Shown here piece after piece: positions 1-11,625 of a stretch of DNA of 64,000 nucleotides. The position numbers and the translations under genes are program-made. Position 1 is the first letter of the stretch. Every line of letters begins with the position of its first letter. The notes under the pieces are model-generated. The model did not search any database. It saw nothing but the letters and a program-made list of their open reading frames with translations, and was not told where the DNA came from. The stretch comes from Sphyrna mokarran (Eukaryota), in NCBI GenBank assembly GCA_024679065.1, contig JAGIQG010000009.1, forward strand, positions 96,844,001-96,908,000, written 5' to 3'.

Positions 1-283
1 TGTTCATCTCGTCTCAAGTATACTCAAAGCCTCACTTGTCAGGAAGACAATTCCAGAGGCCCACAGCCCTCCGAGAGAAACAATTTCGCTTCATCTCCCG
101 TTCAAATTGGCGACCCCTTCTTTTATAGCAGTTCCTAATTCCATTTACCCGCTGACACTGAGATTGAAATGAGCACGAACGTTTGACATGGATTATTCTG
201 CAAAGGCACCCCAATAGTACAGCAATTGCTCTCGCTGCGGAGCGCCAGACACTTCCTCACACACAGTAATACTGTTGACTTAC

Positions 284-304
284 TTGGAGTACTCTGGTAA
301 TCGT
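284..304 (-). CDS. NCR3: NCR3-like 1 21-nt stalk microexon (D-DYQSTP)
   Basis: ttag|ACGATTACCAGAGTACTCCAA|gtaagt, phase 1-1, open frame. The polypyrimidine tract is weak. Confidence 0.55.
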
Positions 305-3300
305 CTAACTAGCATTTTATGCAGTTCCAGCATGACTTCCCTGCACGCACCGTATCTTATCCACTGTATCTAACTTCCCTCTCCATTGCAATTACATCCT
401 TGCTATAAAGTGGTGGCCCTGAAATAATTCATTCTCAAGATATTCGGCACTATCAAGACTAGCACTCATTGCCTGTGCCAGGATACCACATTGTGAGTGC
501 CTTTGGAACCGCTACCGCCATATATCTGGTGCATGTACCGCACACGCAGAGCTGTTAAAGAGGGTGTTAAAGGATTTTGATCGAATGAAGTGGTGCTCCA
601 TATACTAAAAGTCGGGATGGTGTGTGAATTGGATGGGTACTTTTAAAGTTCCCACTGCCGCTACTATCTTATTCTTCTAATAGTGGAGGTTGCAATTTGA
701 GAGCTCAAATTGGTGTAATGGATAATTCATCTATCCGGGAGATGTTCAATTGTCTCCCACGACTTGTTGCACGTTGATTGTAAGAATAACTCCTCCATCT
801 CACACTTACCAGCTTCACTATGCGTCACGGTCACTATTATCCCGGCTCCATAGGCGGCATTGGTTCCCATCAGCTCCACTTTGCAAAAATACGTGCCTGT
901 ATCCTCGGGTTTCAGATTACTGATTCGAATCGACGCGTTTCTCCTCTTGCTGAAATCCTCCTGCGTTGCTCCGAACACCCTACCCGTAAATTCCGCTGTG
1001 TTGTTGGAGACTTCAATTCCCTGCTTGGAGCCCCTGTGCCAGCTGTAGCCACCAACTCCAGAGGGACCTTCATATGTACAGCCCAAGTCCGCGGCTTGTC
1101 CCGGGGCTTTGGTAAGGGATTGCGGGCTCTGATTAACTGTGATATTTCCAACAGTAATTGCTGTAGATGGATAAAGTTAACAAGATTAATGCAATGCTTT
1201 TTTTCATGGCAGGAAAGCTTAGATGTTTTAAGGAAGATCTTTTCCATTTAATATAAAAACGTTACTTGGGTTGCATAAATGATTCATTCCACTAATCTGG
1301 GAAGTGTTAACTTTCACACGCGAATGTACGAACAAGGAGCAAGAGTTGGCTACTTAGCCCATCGATCCTGCTCCACCATTTCATAAGACGATTGCTTATT
1401 GATCTGATAGTAACCTCAACTCTGCACCTTGCCTGTGAATCTATCCATCTCGCCTTAAAAAGTATTGAAAGCCTCACCTGTCAGGAAGGTAATTCCAGAC
1501 ACTCACGAGAGAAATAAATTAGCTTCATCTCCCTTTTAAATGGGCGACGCCTTATTTCTAAACCTAGTTCTAGGTTCTTCCACAAGAGGGGCCATCTCTT
1601 CATCCACCCTCTCAAGATCTCTCAGGATCTTATGGCCCCAAACATTGGGGCGGGCGAGGCTCCAAGAACGGCATTCTCATTGGCCTCGGCCGCGATCTTA
1701 TGTGCCTCGGTCGGGCGCGCCAGTTTCAGTGAAGTTGCCTCTCACTCTTTTAAACTGCAAGGAATACAAGCCTAGTTTCTTTAATCCCTCCTCAGAAGAC
1801 AACCCAACCATTCCGGGTACTAGACTTATAAAACTCTTGTTTCCAGCGTATTTATATCTCTAGTATTCTGTATGGCCCTCCCTACTTTTGTATTCAATTC
1901 AGGACACATTACTGGTATCATAATATGGCATTGTGTATTTAGAAAAAAACATGAGCTTCAATGCAGCGTCATTGCCAGCAACTAGCATGTTTTTGCCGGA
2001 AACTAGAAAAGATTAACTGATCTAATTCAGCACGGGAACTCAAGCGACTATGGCAGTGAAATGCCACTGAACCTTTCAAAGACCAGTTGTGACATGGTGC
2101 TCCATGCATAACTTTTAATTATCCTTTTTTACCTTCCTTAAAAGGAGCTTCTATTGTTCCTTGCATGGATCAATGTAATTATTATAATTTTTAACCAACA
2201 ATAATTCTCCGCTGCAGTCAAAATATCATTTCCACTAGCTTGCATTCATCAAACTTCTTCTATTAGCATGACTGTAATAATAGCTGGCGAGAACTTATAA
2301 ATACCATTTCATTTGCATGCTTTTCTATTGCCCTTTTATTTGGTACCGAAATGTCTGATTTCTGGTGTCTCATCTTATGGAAACGATATTATGTTTCCTC
2401 TGCGAATCTTTTAAAGCCAGAGTTAGGAAAGCTGAACCCAAGTTTCTAAGTATAATTGACCGGTAAATTTAGATGAGTAGCCCATATGATACTAAGGCTT
2501 TATAAAATAGCCAGCATTTTTAACTGATCCGTTACATCCGTTGTCCTTCAGACGTTATTTATCTCATCATCATGTCAAAACTAAGGATTAAAGTTAAAGT
2601 TTATTTATTAATATCACAAGTCGGCTTACATTAACACCGCAATGAAGTCACCGTGAAAATTCCCGAGTCGTCACACTCCAGCACCTGTTCGGGTACACTG
2701 AGAATGAATTTAGCATGGCCAATGCACCTAACCAGCATGTCCTTTGGACGTGGGAGTGACCAGAGTACTCGAGGGAAAAACATGCAGACACGGGGAGAAT
2801 GTGCAAACGCCACACAGACAGTGACCCAAGCCAGGAATCAAAACCATTATCCTGGGGTCATGAGGCAGCAGTGTTGACCGCTGTGCCGCCTTGCCACTAG
2901 AGATTAGAAGGATTGGAAACACGTGGCATAGTGGCCCAGTGGTTAGCGCTGCTGCCTCACAGCGCCAGGGATCCAGGTTCAATTCCAGTCTTGGATAACT
3001 GTTTGTGTGAAGTTTGCACATTCTCCCCATGCCTATGTGCATTTTCTCCGGGTGCTCAGTTTCCTCTCGCAATCCAAAAATATGCGTATTAAGTGGATTG
3101 GTCAAATAAATTACCCCCTAATGCCAGGGGGATAAGGAGGGGAAATATGCGAGGTTACTGGGATAGGATAGATCTGGGTGCGATTATTGTCCATGCAGGG
3201 TCGATGGGCTAAATGGCCTCCTTCTGCACTGTAGATTCAATGAAGTGATCTTAAGAAATGTTTATGATCAATTATTTCAAATGTTTGCTTAGATGCTGAC

Positions 3301-3656
3301 AGTTTGCATTTATTGACTGCGGGCAACGTTGACTTCCAGGAGCCAACAGGAAATAAAAATGGACCAGTGACCATTACTTGCACATTTAAAACCGTAATAA
3401 TTCACCATCATATGAATAGCCTCAAATTTGGAAATCTGCCTATTGGTATCATTGATTTGTCAAGCTTACTTCTCTATCTATTCAAATGTCCACTCTCAAC
3501 CTGCAACAGTACCTGAATTTGACATCAGTAGCACCAATGCAAGAATCTGGTGTGTCCACCCATCTTCCGATTGCAAACCGGGATCACTCAAAATACTTTC
3601 TTACCGGCGAACGCGGTCATTATCCAGATTATCCCGATAATACGGCTGAATTTCAT
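284..3656 (-). CDS. NCR3: NKp30/NCR3-like receptor, paralog 1; partial gene (leader + V-J Ig exon + stalk microexon; TM/cytoplasmic exons presumably left of the window)
   Basis: Exons 3656-3605, 1160-810 and 304-284 are all GT-AG and phase 1. They join to [154 protein letters not shown] and CKVELMG resemble human NKp30 EVRNGTPEFRGRL and CRVEVLG (from memory). Confidence 0.85.
810..1160 (-). CDS. NCR3: NCR3-like 1 Ig V-set exon with built-in J-like motif
   Basis: Acceptor ctacag at 1161, donor G|GTAAGT at 809, 351 nt, phase 1-1. Canonical Cys-Trp-DxGxYxC and YGAG..VTV. Confidence 0.93.
2590..2890 (-). mobile_element. HE1-type V-SINE (variant ending ...AATAAATAAACTTTAA); same variant at ~6270-6510(-), ~13735-14035(+), ~25970-26245(-), ~56485-56890(+), ~57230-57495(+)
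   Basis: tRNA-derived A/B boxes plus V-domain TTCTCCCCGTGTCTGC..GGGTTTCCTCC. Confidence 0.85.
2920..3240 (+). mobile_element. HE1 V-SINE (CR1-type tail); same type at ~5255-5565(+), ~11800-12115(+), ~18425-18725(-), ~22610-22925(+), ~25035-25330(-), ~27505-27810(-), ~33920-34235(-), ~44535-44855(-), ~48800-49130(-), ~49310-49625(-), ~58780-59140(+)
   Basis: GTGGTTAGCACTGCTGCCTCACAGCGCCAGGG head, V-domain, and GGCCTCCTTCTGCACTGTAG tail. Confidence 0.88.
3605..3656 (-). CDS. NCR3: NCR3-like 1 signal-peptide exon (MKFSRIIGIIWIMTAFA)
   Basis: ATG at 3656, hydrophobic 17 codons, phase-1 donor G|GTAAGA. A strong acceptor (tttcctccttttatcctacag) opens the exon at 3692, so a 5'UTR exon lies further upstream (candidate donor at 3921). 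Confidence 0.8.
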
Positions 3657-6600
3657 TATGCTTGCAGAGTTCTGCGCATGAATTTGGCTGACCTGTAGGA
3701 TAAAAGGAGGAAAGGACGCAATGTTATCCGTGAGGATGGACAGAATACAGAATGCAAACAATTACTCAAGATCATGGCAATATCTATTTAAATGCCTCCC
3801 TCCGTTAGCAAGCACGGAGGGATCCGAATATATAAATAATTGTCCCCCTGGAGGGTCGGCTGTCCATCATTTTCCTTCCATATACCAGGCTGGCTGAAAT
3901 TGAAAGTGTGAGGAGCTTACACCATCAAACTGTTTCAAATTCTTCTGAACGAAAGGAAATACATGGTAGTCACGTCTCGCTAATAAGGTGTGGACCTCAC
4001 TGTGCTCACAGAGATAAGGCGCAACAGACCAAGAGGTATTAAGTAGATGCACCGATAAAGCAATAACAGACTCTGCGGTTTTTCGGGGGCCATAAGCTAC
4101 TGTCTGCCATTGGTTCAATAATGCTGAGAAAGAGATGAAGAGTGTTACACTTTATTCCGCGATCTTGCTTGCAAGTTGAACTTCAAACTAAGTTTTTTCT
4201 CTCTCTCTCTCTCGGCGCGTCAGACAAGATTGAAAATAACATGCATGAGAGATCAGACTGAATTGCATTTAGCATTTTGTTCGACTGTACATTACAGACT
4301 CGTGATGATGGTAACCCGTGTATTATAATGACAAGTGTTTACCTTTGAGTGGAACGGGATTGACATACTAGATAAATGCAAGAAAGAAAAATGCAATCAT
4401 AGAAAATAGGTTCAGGAATGGGCCATTCGGCCCTTCGAACCTGTATCACTATTCAATTTGATCATGGCTCATCATGCACTTTCAATATCTCGCTCCCGCT
4501 TTCTCTCCTTGCCCTTTGACTCCTTTAGCCACAAGGGCCACGTCCAGCACCTTCTTGAACATAACTAACACCAGCAGTTATCCATGGTAGACAATTTCAC
4601 AGCTTCCCAACCCTCTGAGTGAAGAAGTTCTTCCTCATTTCAGTCCTGAATAAGATCACTGGGCCCTGCTAGGTGCACTGAGTTGGTGAACTATATATGG
4701 ATAAAGGTCTGAAAAGCGGATGTTAATACGAGATGCAAATTTCAGGTGGCACTCAGGGAGATATACAAAGATGAGAAAAATAATTATTGATTAGTCACCA
4801 GTCGGCTTACATTAACACAGTAATCAAGTTACTGTAAAAATCCCCTAGTCGCCACATTCCGACGCCTGTTCGTGTACACTGAGGGAGAACATAGCCAATG
4901 CACTTGTTTCTTCAAATAACTCTTCGTTAACATTTAATCATTCACATACATAACGTTCTCGTTTCTTCTTGATTATAGGTGTCACTTACAACCACAATAA
5001 ATGGTATAAATGCCAACATTTCTGCTAAGAATTCCCGCATGACAAACTCAAATCTTCAAAAGATTTTCTGGTCGATGCACAGAAACGTATTAATTATGCA
5101 AATCTTAGAAGCACAGGCATATACGATTGCCTATTCTTTCATGAGTTGCCGGGTGTTGAGTAGGTTTCAGAAGCCTTTGTATTTCAACTCTTACTGCAGT
5201 TTCTCTGGGCTTTAGTTGCAATTAAGTTATGCACCTATCTAGGATGCAGTAAATGGGCGGCACGGTGGCACAGTGGTTAGAACTGTAGCCTTGCAGCATC
5301 GGGGATTCTTGTTTGGGTCACTGTCTGTGTGGAATCTACACATTTGCCCCATCTTTGCGTGGCGTTCCTCCAGGTGCTCCGGCTTCTTCCCACAGTCTAT
5401 AGATATGCGGGTTAGGTGTCTTGGCTATGGTAATTCGTCCCTTAGTGTCAGGGGACTAGCTAGGGTAAATGCATGGTATTCTGAGGGTACGGCCTAGGTG
5501 GGATTGTGATCGGTGCAGATTCGATGGGTTGATTGGCCTCCTTCTATACTGTTGGAATTCTATGAATCCCGAATACATCCTGTACAGCGTGTAGCATTTT
5601 CCAAAAGGCTCTCTAAGGAAAACACGCGGCTTTTAAGCATATGACTGGATGCTCATCTTTGGAAGATTATTAATTCTCTTAAGGATTTGGAAGACTCGCT
5701 GGTCCTGTTGTGCGAACTTGCGAACTCAAAACAATAGATCGAACAAGCATTAATCCCATATTAATCGGGATGCGTTAGCCCATTAGCGAAACGTATTTTA
5801 GATTGCCAAACGGCTACTGCATTTCAGTAAAAGGAAAATGTAACACCACGGATGCTGAAAATCTGAAGTAAAAAAGGCAAAGATGGGACAAACACTCAGG
5901 AGATCAGACAGCATCAATAAAATAAAAGCATTCAAGTCAATCGACTTATATCGTTTAAAATTTTACTTTACGGGAAGTGTGTATCGATGGTTCGAATAGG
6001 AATTGTCACCCATCCATAATTGCCCTGGGAAGATGCAGGGGAGCAATAAGGAATGGGCAATAAATTCTGGTCCAACCAGCGACGCCCATTTTCCTTAAAT
6101 TAATATTTAAAAATCTAACCTCGGAAATAAGAAACTTTTGTAACAATAGATGAGAAAGTGAGGGTTAGAGCAGGCGAAGAACAAAAGTAAAAGTTCTGAG
6201 TTATAACGGGGAATATTCAAATGGAATATGTATGTATGTAGCCAGCCACAATCATGAAATTGTCCCATTGTTTATCTATTAGTGTCACAAGTAGGCTTGC
6301 ATTAAGACTGAAATGAAATTACTGTGAAAATCCCTTCGTTGTCACACTCCAGCGTCTGTTCTGTACACTGAAGGAGAATTTAACATGGCCAGCGCACCGA
6401 ACCAGCACGTCTTTCATACTGTGGGAGGAAACCGGAGCCGCTGGAGGAAACCCACGCAGACACGAGAGAATATGCAGTGTCCGCACAGGCAGAAACTCAA
6501 GCCGGAAATTGAGGCCATTCACGATGAACCTCACATTTGCATAATTGTACTTTGTGCTGGAGGACTGTCAGTGGTTTTATTAGAATATATAGCAAGGGTG

Positions 6601-7729
6601 GTGCTGCTAGTTGGACTTTATTGGCATATTTTTTAACCGTTTCACAATGCTTCTATTGGTCTTAACAAACAGATTTATTCACAATGCACCTCTTTTTTTT
6701 CCTATTCGATATGAAGTGATAAGTCAAATTTGAATTGCTTAAAAATAGGGAATTAAAAGTCTAATGGTGACCATGAAACCATTGATAGAGAAAATCCATC
6801 TGGTTCACCAAAAGAAATAAGCCATTCTTACCTGGCGTGGACAATAACTGTGCCTCCAGGTCCACAGCAATGTGGTTGACTTTGAAATGCCCTCAGGAAT
6901 GACCCAGAAAGCTTTTAAACAAGTGGATACTATCTTAAAGTTTAAAGTCTTTTTTCAACTTTTAAAGTTTTATGTATTAGTCATAAGTAAGGCTTAAATT
7001 GACGCTGTAATGAAGTTACTGTGAATTTTTTCTATCCTTATTTAAATGACCTGTACAATCATTTTATACTAGCGCTATAGGTCATCTATTGTTTTAAACA
7101 CACGTCATAAATATAAAAGCCTAACTTAGCACATGAAGTTTTAGGTGCATTTTGTGTCTGCAGGAATCACCCTTTAGGACTTACAAGTCAATGCAACTCA
7201 TCTATAATTTCCACGTCATGACAGATACTGGAAGGTAGGTGGAGTTGTTCACGTCCTTTGGATGGGGTTCATTCATATTTCCTGAGCAGATTGTAGCCAT
7301 GACTTACGTAGGTGGCTTGTCCCATCAAATTAAAGCATGCAAGTAGTATATAGAATTGGATTCAGTGCCATGTATGTTCGTGAACAAAAACCTTTCAGAA
7401 CCCCAACATCTGAGTTATTAATGGTGTATTCCAATTGGAATTGATGTGGAAATGCCAGTGTTGGATTGGGATGGGCACAATAAGAAGTATCACAACAACA
7501 GGTTAAAGTCCAACAGATTTATTTGGAATTAGGAGCTTTCGGAATGCTGCTCCTTCTTCAGGTGAGTGGAGAATTGAGTTCACAATCACAGCATATATAG
7601 ACAGAGACATAATTCAAGGTAATGGTTGGAATATGAATCTTTACTTCTTACTGTCCCAATTAAAATTGATACGTGTGTTAAATTTGCAGTATTTCTTTCT
7701 TTACTGTGTATCCATTTGCCATGCCAGTT

Positions 7730-8125
7730 GCGGCTCAGTGGTTAGCAGCCTGCACTCTGAATCACAAACCCTACTCCCAAAAGGATGCACAATAAAATGA
7801 AAATTGATACTCCAGTGCAACAGTCAGAGAGTGCCAGGTGCCGGCTTTAAGATGACATGATGAACTGAGGCCTGGCCTTCACTCTCATACATAAGTGTAA
7901 TAAATACCACTTTGAAGAGAAACAGGGGATTTGAATCCGGGGTCATGGCCAGGATCTTTCCACCAGTATCACTATCTGGTCATGATCATTTGGTGTTCGT
8001 GGGATCTTCTTTCACGCAAATTGGATGTTGTGTTTCCTACATTACCAAAGTGACTTAACATCAGAAGTACTCCATTAGCTGGAAGATGCTTTGTGGCTTC
8101 CGATGGTGTTGAGAAACGATAGGCG
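7730..8125 (+). mobile_element. DeuSINE (SacSINE1/AmnSINE1-like) copy
   Basis: tRNA-like head and Deu-domain-like GTGGGATCTT...GCAAATTGG...GTTTCCTACATTAC...AAGTACT.CATT.GCTG. Confidence 0.65.
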
Positions 8126-8273
8126 CTATTCATGAGCTACGTGCAGAGCAGCACAAGTAATAGGAAATTTAATGATGCACAGATCATGTACAGTCTGCAC
8201 TGAATACAAGTCAAAGCAAGTAAAGACACTTTGTTACTTTTAAAGATATTCAAAAGAAAACTGGCTATTGAAA

Positions 8274-11200
8274 TAGAACATAGAACATAGAACATTACAG
8301 CACAGAACAGGCCCTTCGGCCTTCGATGTTGTGCCGACCAAAATAAAAAGCAATGCCCCTCCTAACTAAATCATTCCCTTCTCTTCCATATACTTATCAA
8401 GTAACCTCTTAAACGCCACCAAACTTGGCGCATCTACAACAGCTGCAGGCAGGGCATTCCAATCCCTAATCACTCTTTGAGTAAAGAACCTACCTCTGAT
8501 ATCCGTCCTATAACTCATACCCCTTAATTTAAAGCTGTGTCCCCTGTGCTAGCTTTCTCCATCCTAGGAAAAAGGCTATCACTGTCCACCCTATCTAAAC
8601 CTCTAATCATCTTATATGCTTCAATAAGATCCCTTCTTAGCCGCCTCCTTTCTAACGAAAACAACCTCAAATCCTTCAACCTCTCTTCATAGGACCTGCC
8701 CTCCATACCAGGCAACATCCTGGTAAACCTCCTCTGTACCCTCTCCACAGCCTCCACATCTTTCTTATAATGCGGGGACCAGAACTGCACACAATACTCC
8801 AAGTGCGGCCGCACTAGAGTTTTGTACAGCTGCAACATGATGCTGCGACTCCTAAATTCAATCCCCCTACCAATAAAAGCTAAGACTCCATAAGCCTTCT
8901 TAACAACTTTTTCCACTTGACTGCCTACTTTCAGGGATCTATTGACACATACACCAAGATCCTTCTGTTCCTCAACACTATTAAGAGCCCTACCATTAGC
9001 CATATACTCTACACATTTATTGTTCCTGCCAAAGTGCATTACCTCACACTTTTCCACATTAACCTCCATTTGCCACCTCTCGGCCCAGTTCTGCAACTTG
9101 TCCAAGTCACTCTGTAAACTAAAACACCCCTCTTCACTATCTACCACACCACCAACTTTAGTATCATCTGCAAATTTACTGATCCATCCCTCAATACCCT
9201 CATCCAGATCATTTATAAAAAATTACAAACAGCAGGGGCCCCAAAACAGACCCCTGAGGTACACCACTTGTCACCGAACTCCACGATAAATATCTCCCAT
9301 CAACCACCACCCTCTGTCTTCTATCTGCTAGCCAATTCCTAATCCAATTAGCTAATCACCCTCTATTCCACACATCTGCATTTTCTGTAGAAGTCTTCCA
9401 TGGGCCACCTTATCAAACGCCTTACTAAAGTCCATATATACTACATCAACCGCCTTACCACCATCCACCTCTCTGGTCACTTTCTCAAAAAACTCAATGA
9501 GGTTAGTAAGGCATGACCTACCCTTCACGAAACCATGCTGACTATCCCCAATCAATTCATTTCTCTCTAAATAACTATAAATCCTATCCCTAATAATTCT
9601 CTCCAATACCTTGCCCACCACAGAAGTAAGACTCACTGGCCTATAATTCCCAGGAAGGTCTCTCTTCCCCTTCTTAAACAATGGGACCACATTCGCCATC
9701 CTCCAGTCCTCCGGAACCACACCCGTAACCAACGAGGACCTGAAGCTCAGAGCCAGAGGCTCTGCAATCTCCTCTCTTGCCTCCCAGAGAATCCTAGGGT
9801 AAATCCCGTCCGGCCCAGGGGACTTATCCAACTTCAAAACCCTCGAGAATTTCTAGCACATCCTCCCTATCTACTACAATACTTCCCAATTTGCAAGCCT
9901 GTACCTCAGTGTTCTCCATAGCTACATTTCCAGCACTCTGCGTGAATACCGAAGAGAAATATTTATTCAGTGCCTCACCAATCTCTTCAGGCTCCACGCA
10001 CAACTTCCCACTGCTGTCTATGACTGGCCCTAATCTTGCCCTAACCAATCTTCTATTCTTAACACATCGAAAGAAAGCTTTAGGATTCTCCTTAATCCTA
10101 TCAGCCAACATCTTCTCGTGTCCCCTCTTAGCTCTCCTCAATTCCCTTTTTACCTCCTTCCTGGCTAATCTATAGCTATCCATTGCACTATCTGAGCCTT
10201 CAAGCCTCATCCTGACATAAGCCTCCTTTTTCTTCTTAACCAGCAAATCAACTTTTTTCGTACACCAAGGCTCTCTTACTCGTCCATTTCCTCCCTGCCT
10301 GACAGGGACATACTTATCAAGGACTCGCAGCAGCTGCTCCTTGAATAAGCACCACATTCCAGATGTTCCCAGTCCCTGTAGTGCCCTAGTCCAATCTATG
10401 CACCCTAATTCTCTCCTGATGGCCTCATAATTACCCTTCCCCCAGCTATAACTACAGCCCCAGCTTCATGCCTATCCCTGTCCATCACTAAGGTGAACGT
10501 AACCGAATTGTGGTCACTATCACCAAAATGTTCACTAACTTCCAAGCCTAACACCTGGTCTGGCTCATTGCCCAGCACCAAATCCAATGTAGCCTCACCT
10601 CTAGTTGGCCTATCTACATACTGAGTCAAAAAAACCTTCCTGCACACTTTGTACGAAAACTGACCCCTCTAACGAGCTAGAGCTAGAGCTATTCCAATCA
10701 ATATTAGTAAAGTTAAAGTCCCCCATAACAATTACCCTATTACTTTCACTCCTGACCAGAATTGACTTTGCAATCCTTTCCTCAACCTCTCTAGAACTAT
10801 TAGGAGGTCTGTAAAAGACTCCCAACAGGGTGACCTCTCCTCTCCTGTTTCTAATCTCGGCCCATACTACCTCAACAGACAAGTCCTCATCAAACTTCTT
10901 TTCTATCACCGTGATACAGTCTTTGACCAATAACGCCACTCCTCCCCCCCTTCTACCTCCTTCTCTACTCGGACTAAAGCATTTGTACCCCGGAACCTGC
11001 AACATCCATTCCTGTCCCTGCTCTACCCAAGTCTCTGAAATGGCCACAACATCGAAGTTCCAGGTACTGGTCCAAGCTGCAAGTTCCCCCCCCTTATTGC
11101 GAATACTCCTTGCATTAAAGTATACGCATCTCAAACCATGCCCCACCCCACCCGTACGCCGCTGTGTTTTACAACTCTCTTCTATAACCCCCTTACTCTC

Positions 11201-11625
11201 ATCCCTCTCAGCATCCCAACTACTTAGGATCCCACCCCCCCCACCCCGAATCAGTTTAAAGCCCCCATCATAGCCTTAGCAAATTTTCCCCCCAAGATAT
11301 TAGTCCCCCTCTGGTTCAGGTGTAGACCATCTCTCTTGAAGAGGGCCCACCTATCCCAGAATGAGTCCCAATTGTTAAGGAACCTGAACCCCTCCCTCCT
11401 GCACCATCCACGCAGCCATGAGTTCAAACTATCCCTTTCTCTGTTCATCTCTAAACTATCTCTTGGCACAGGCAAGAGTCCAGGGATAACCACTCTGCCT
11501 GTTATGGACCTAAGCTTCCACCCTAACTCCATAAATTTCTGTTTAATATCCCCTTCCCTTGTCCTACCTACATCATGTGTCCCCACATGAACTATGACTT
11601 GGGGCTGACTCCCCTCACCCTTAAG
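8274..11625 (-). mobile_element. Young 5'-truncated CR1 (HER1-like) LINE: ORF1 esterase C-terminus + ORF2 APE endonuclease/RT, frameshifted
   Basis: Consecutive minus ORFs: GTHDVG...DGLHLN (SGNH esterase), YFNARSI/ISETW/MGDFN/SDH (APE), KSPGPDG/YRPVSLTS/QHGF/YMDFSKAFD (RT), [12 protein letters not shown]. (CTATGTT)n 3' tail at 8274-8295. Confidence 0.95.

Noticed and set aside
727-1086. ORF-track boundaries for the Ig ORFs (727-1086 and 29128-29649) taken as whole genes
   Set aside because: They overrun splice sites; the real coding parts are the exons 810-1160 and 29247-29585.
2920-3000. tRNA genes at SINE heads
   Set aside because: The A/B boxes continue into V-SINE bodies; these are not stand-alone tRNAs.
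3990-4093. MAPEKPQSLLLLYRCIYLIPLG as the leader of NCR3-like 1
   Set aside because: No good phase-1 donor; 3605-3656 fits better.
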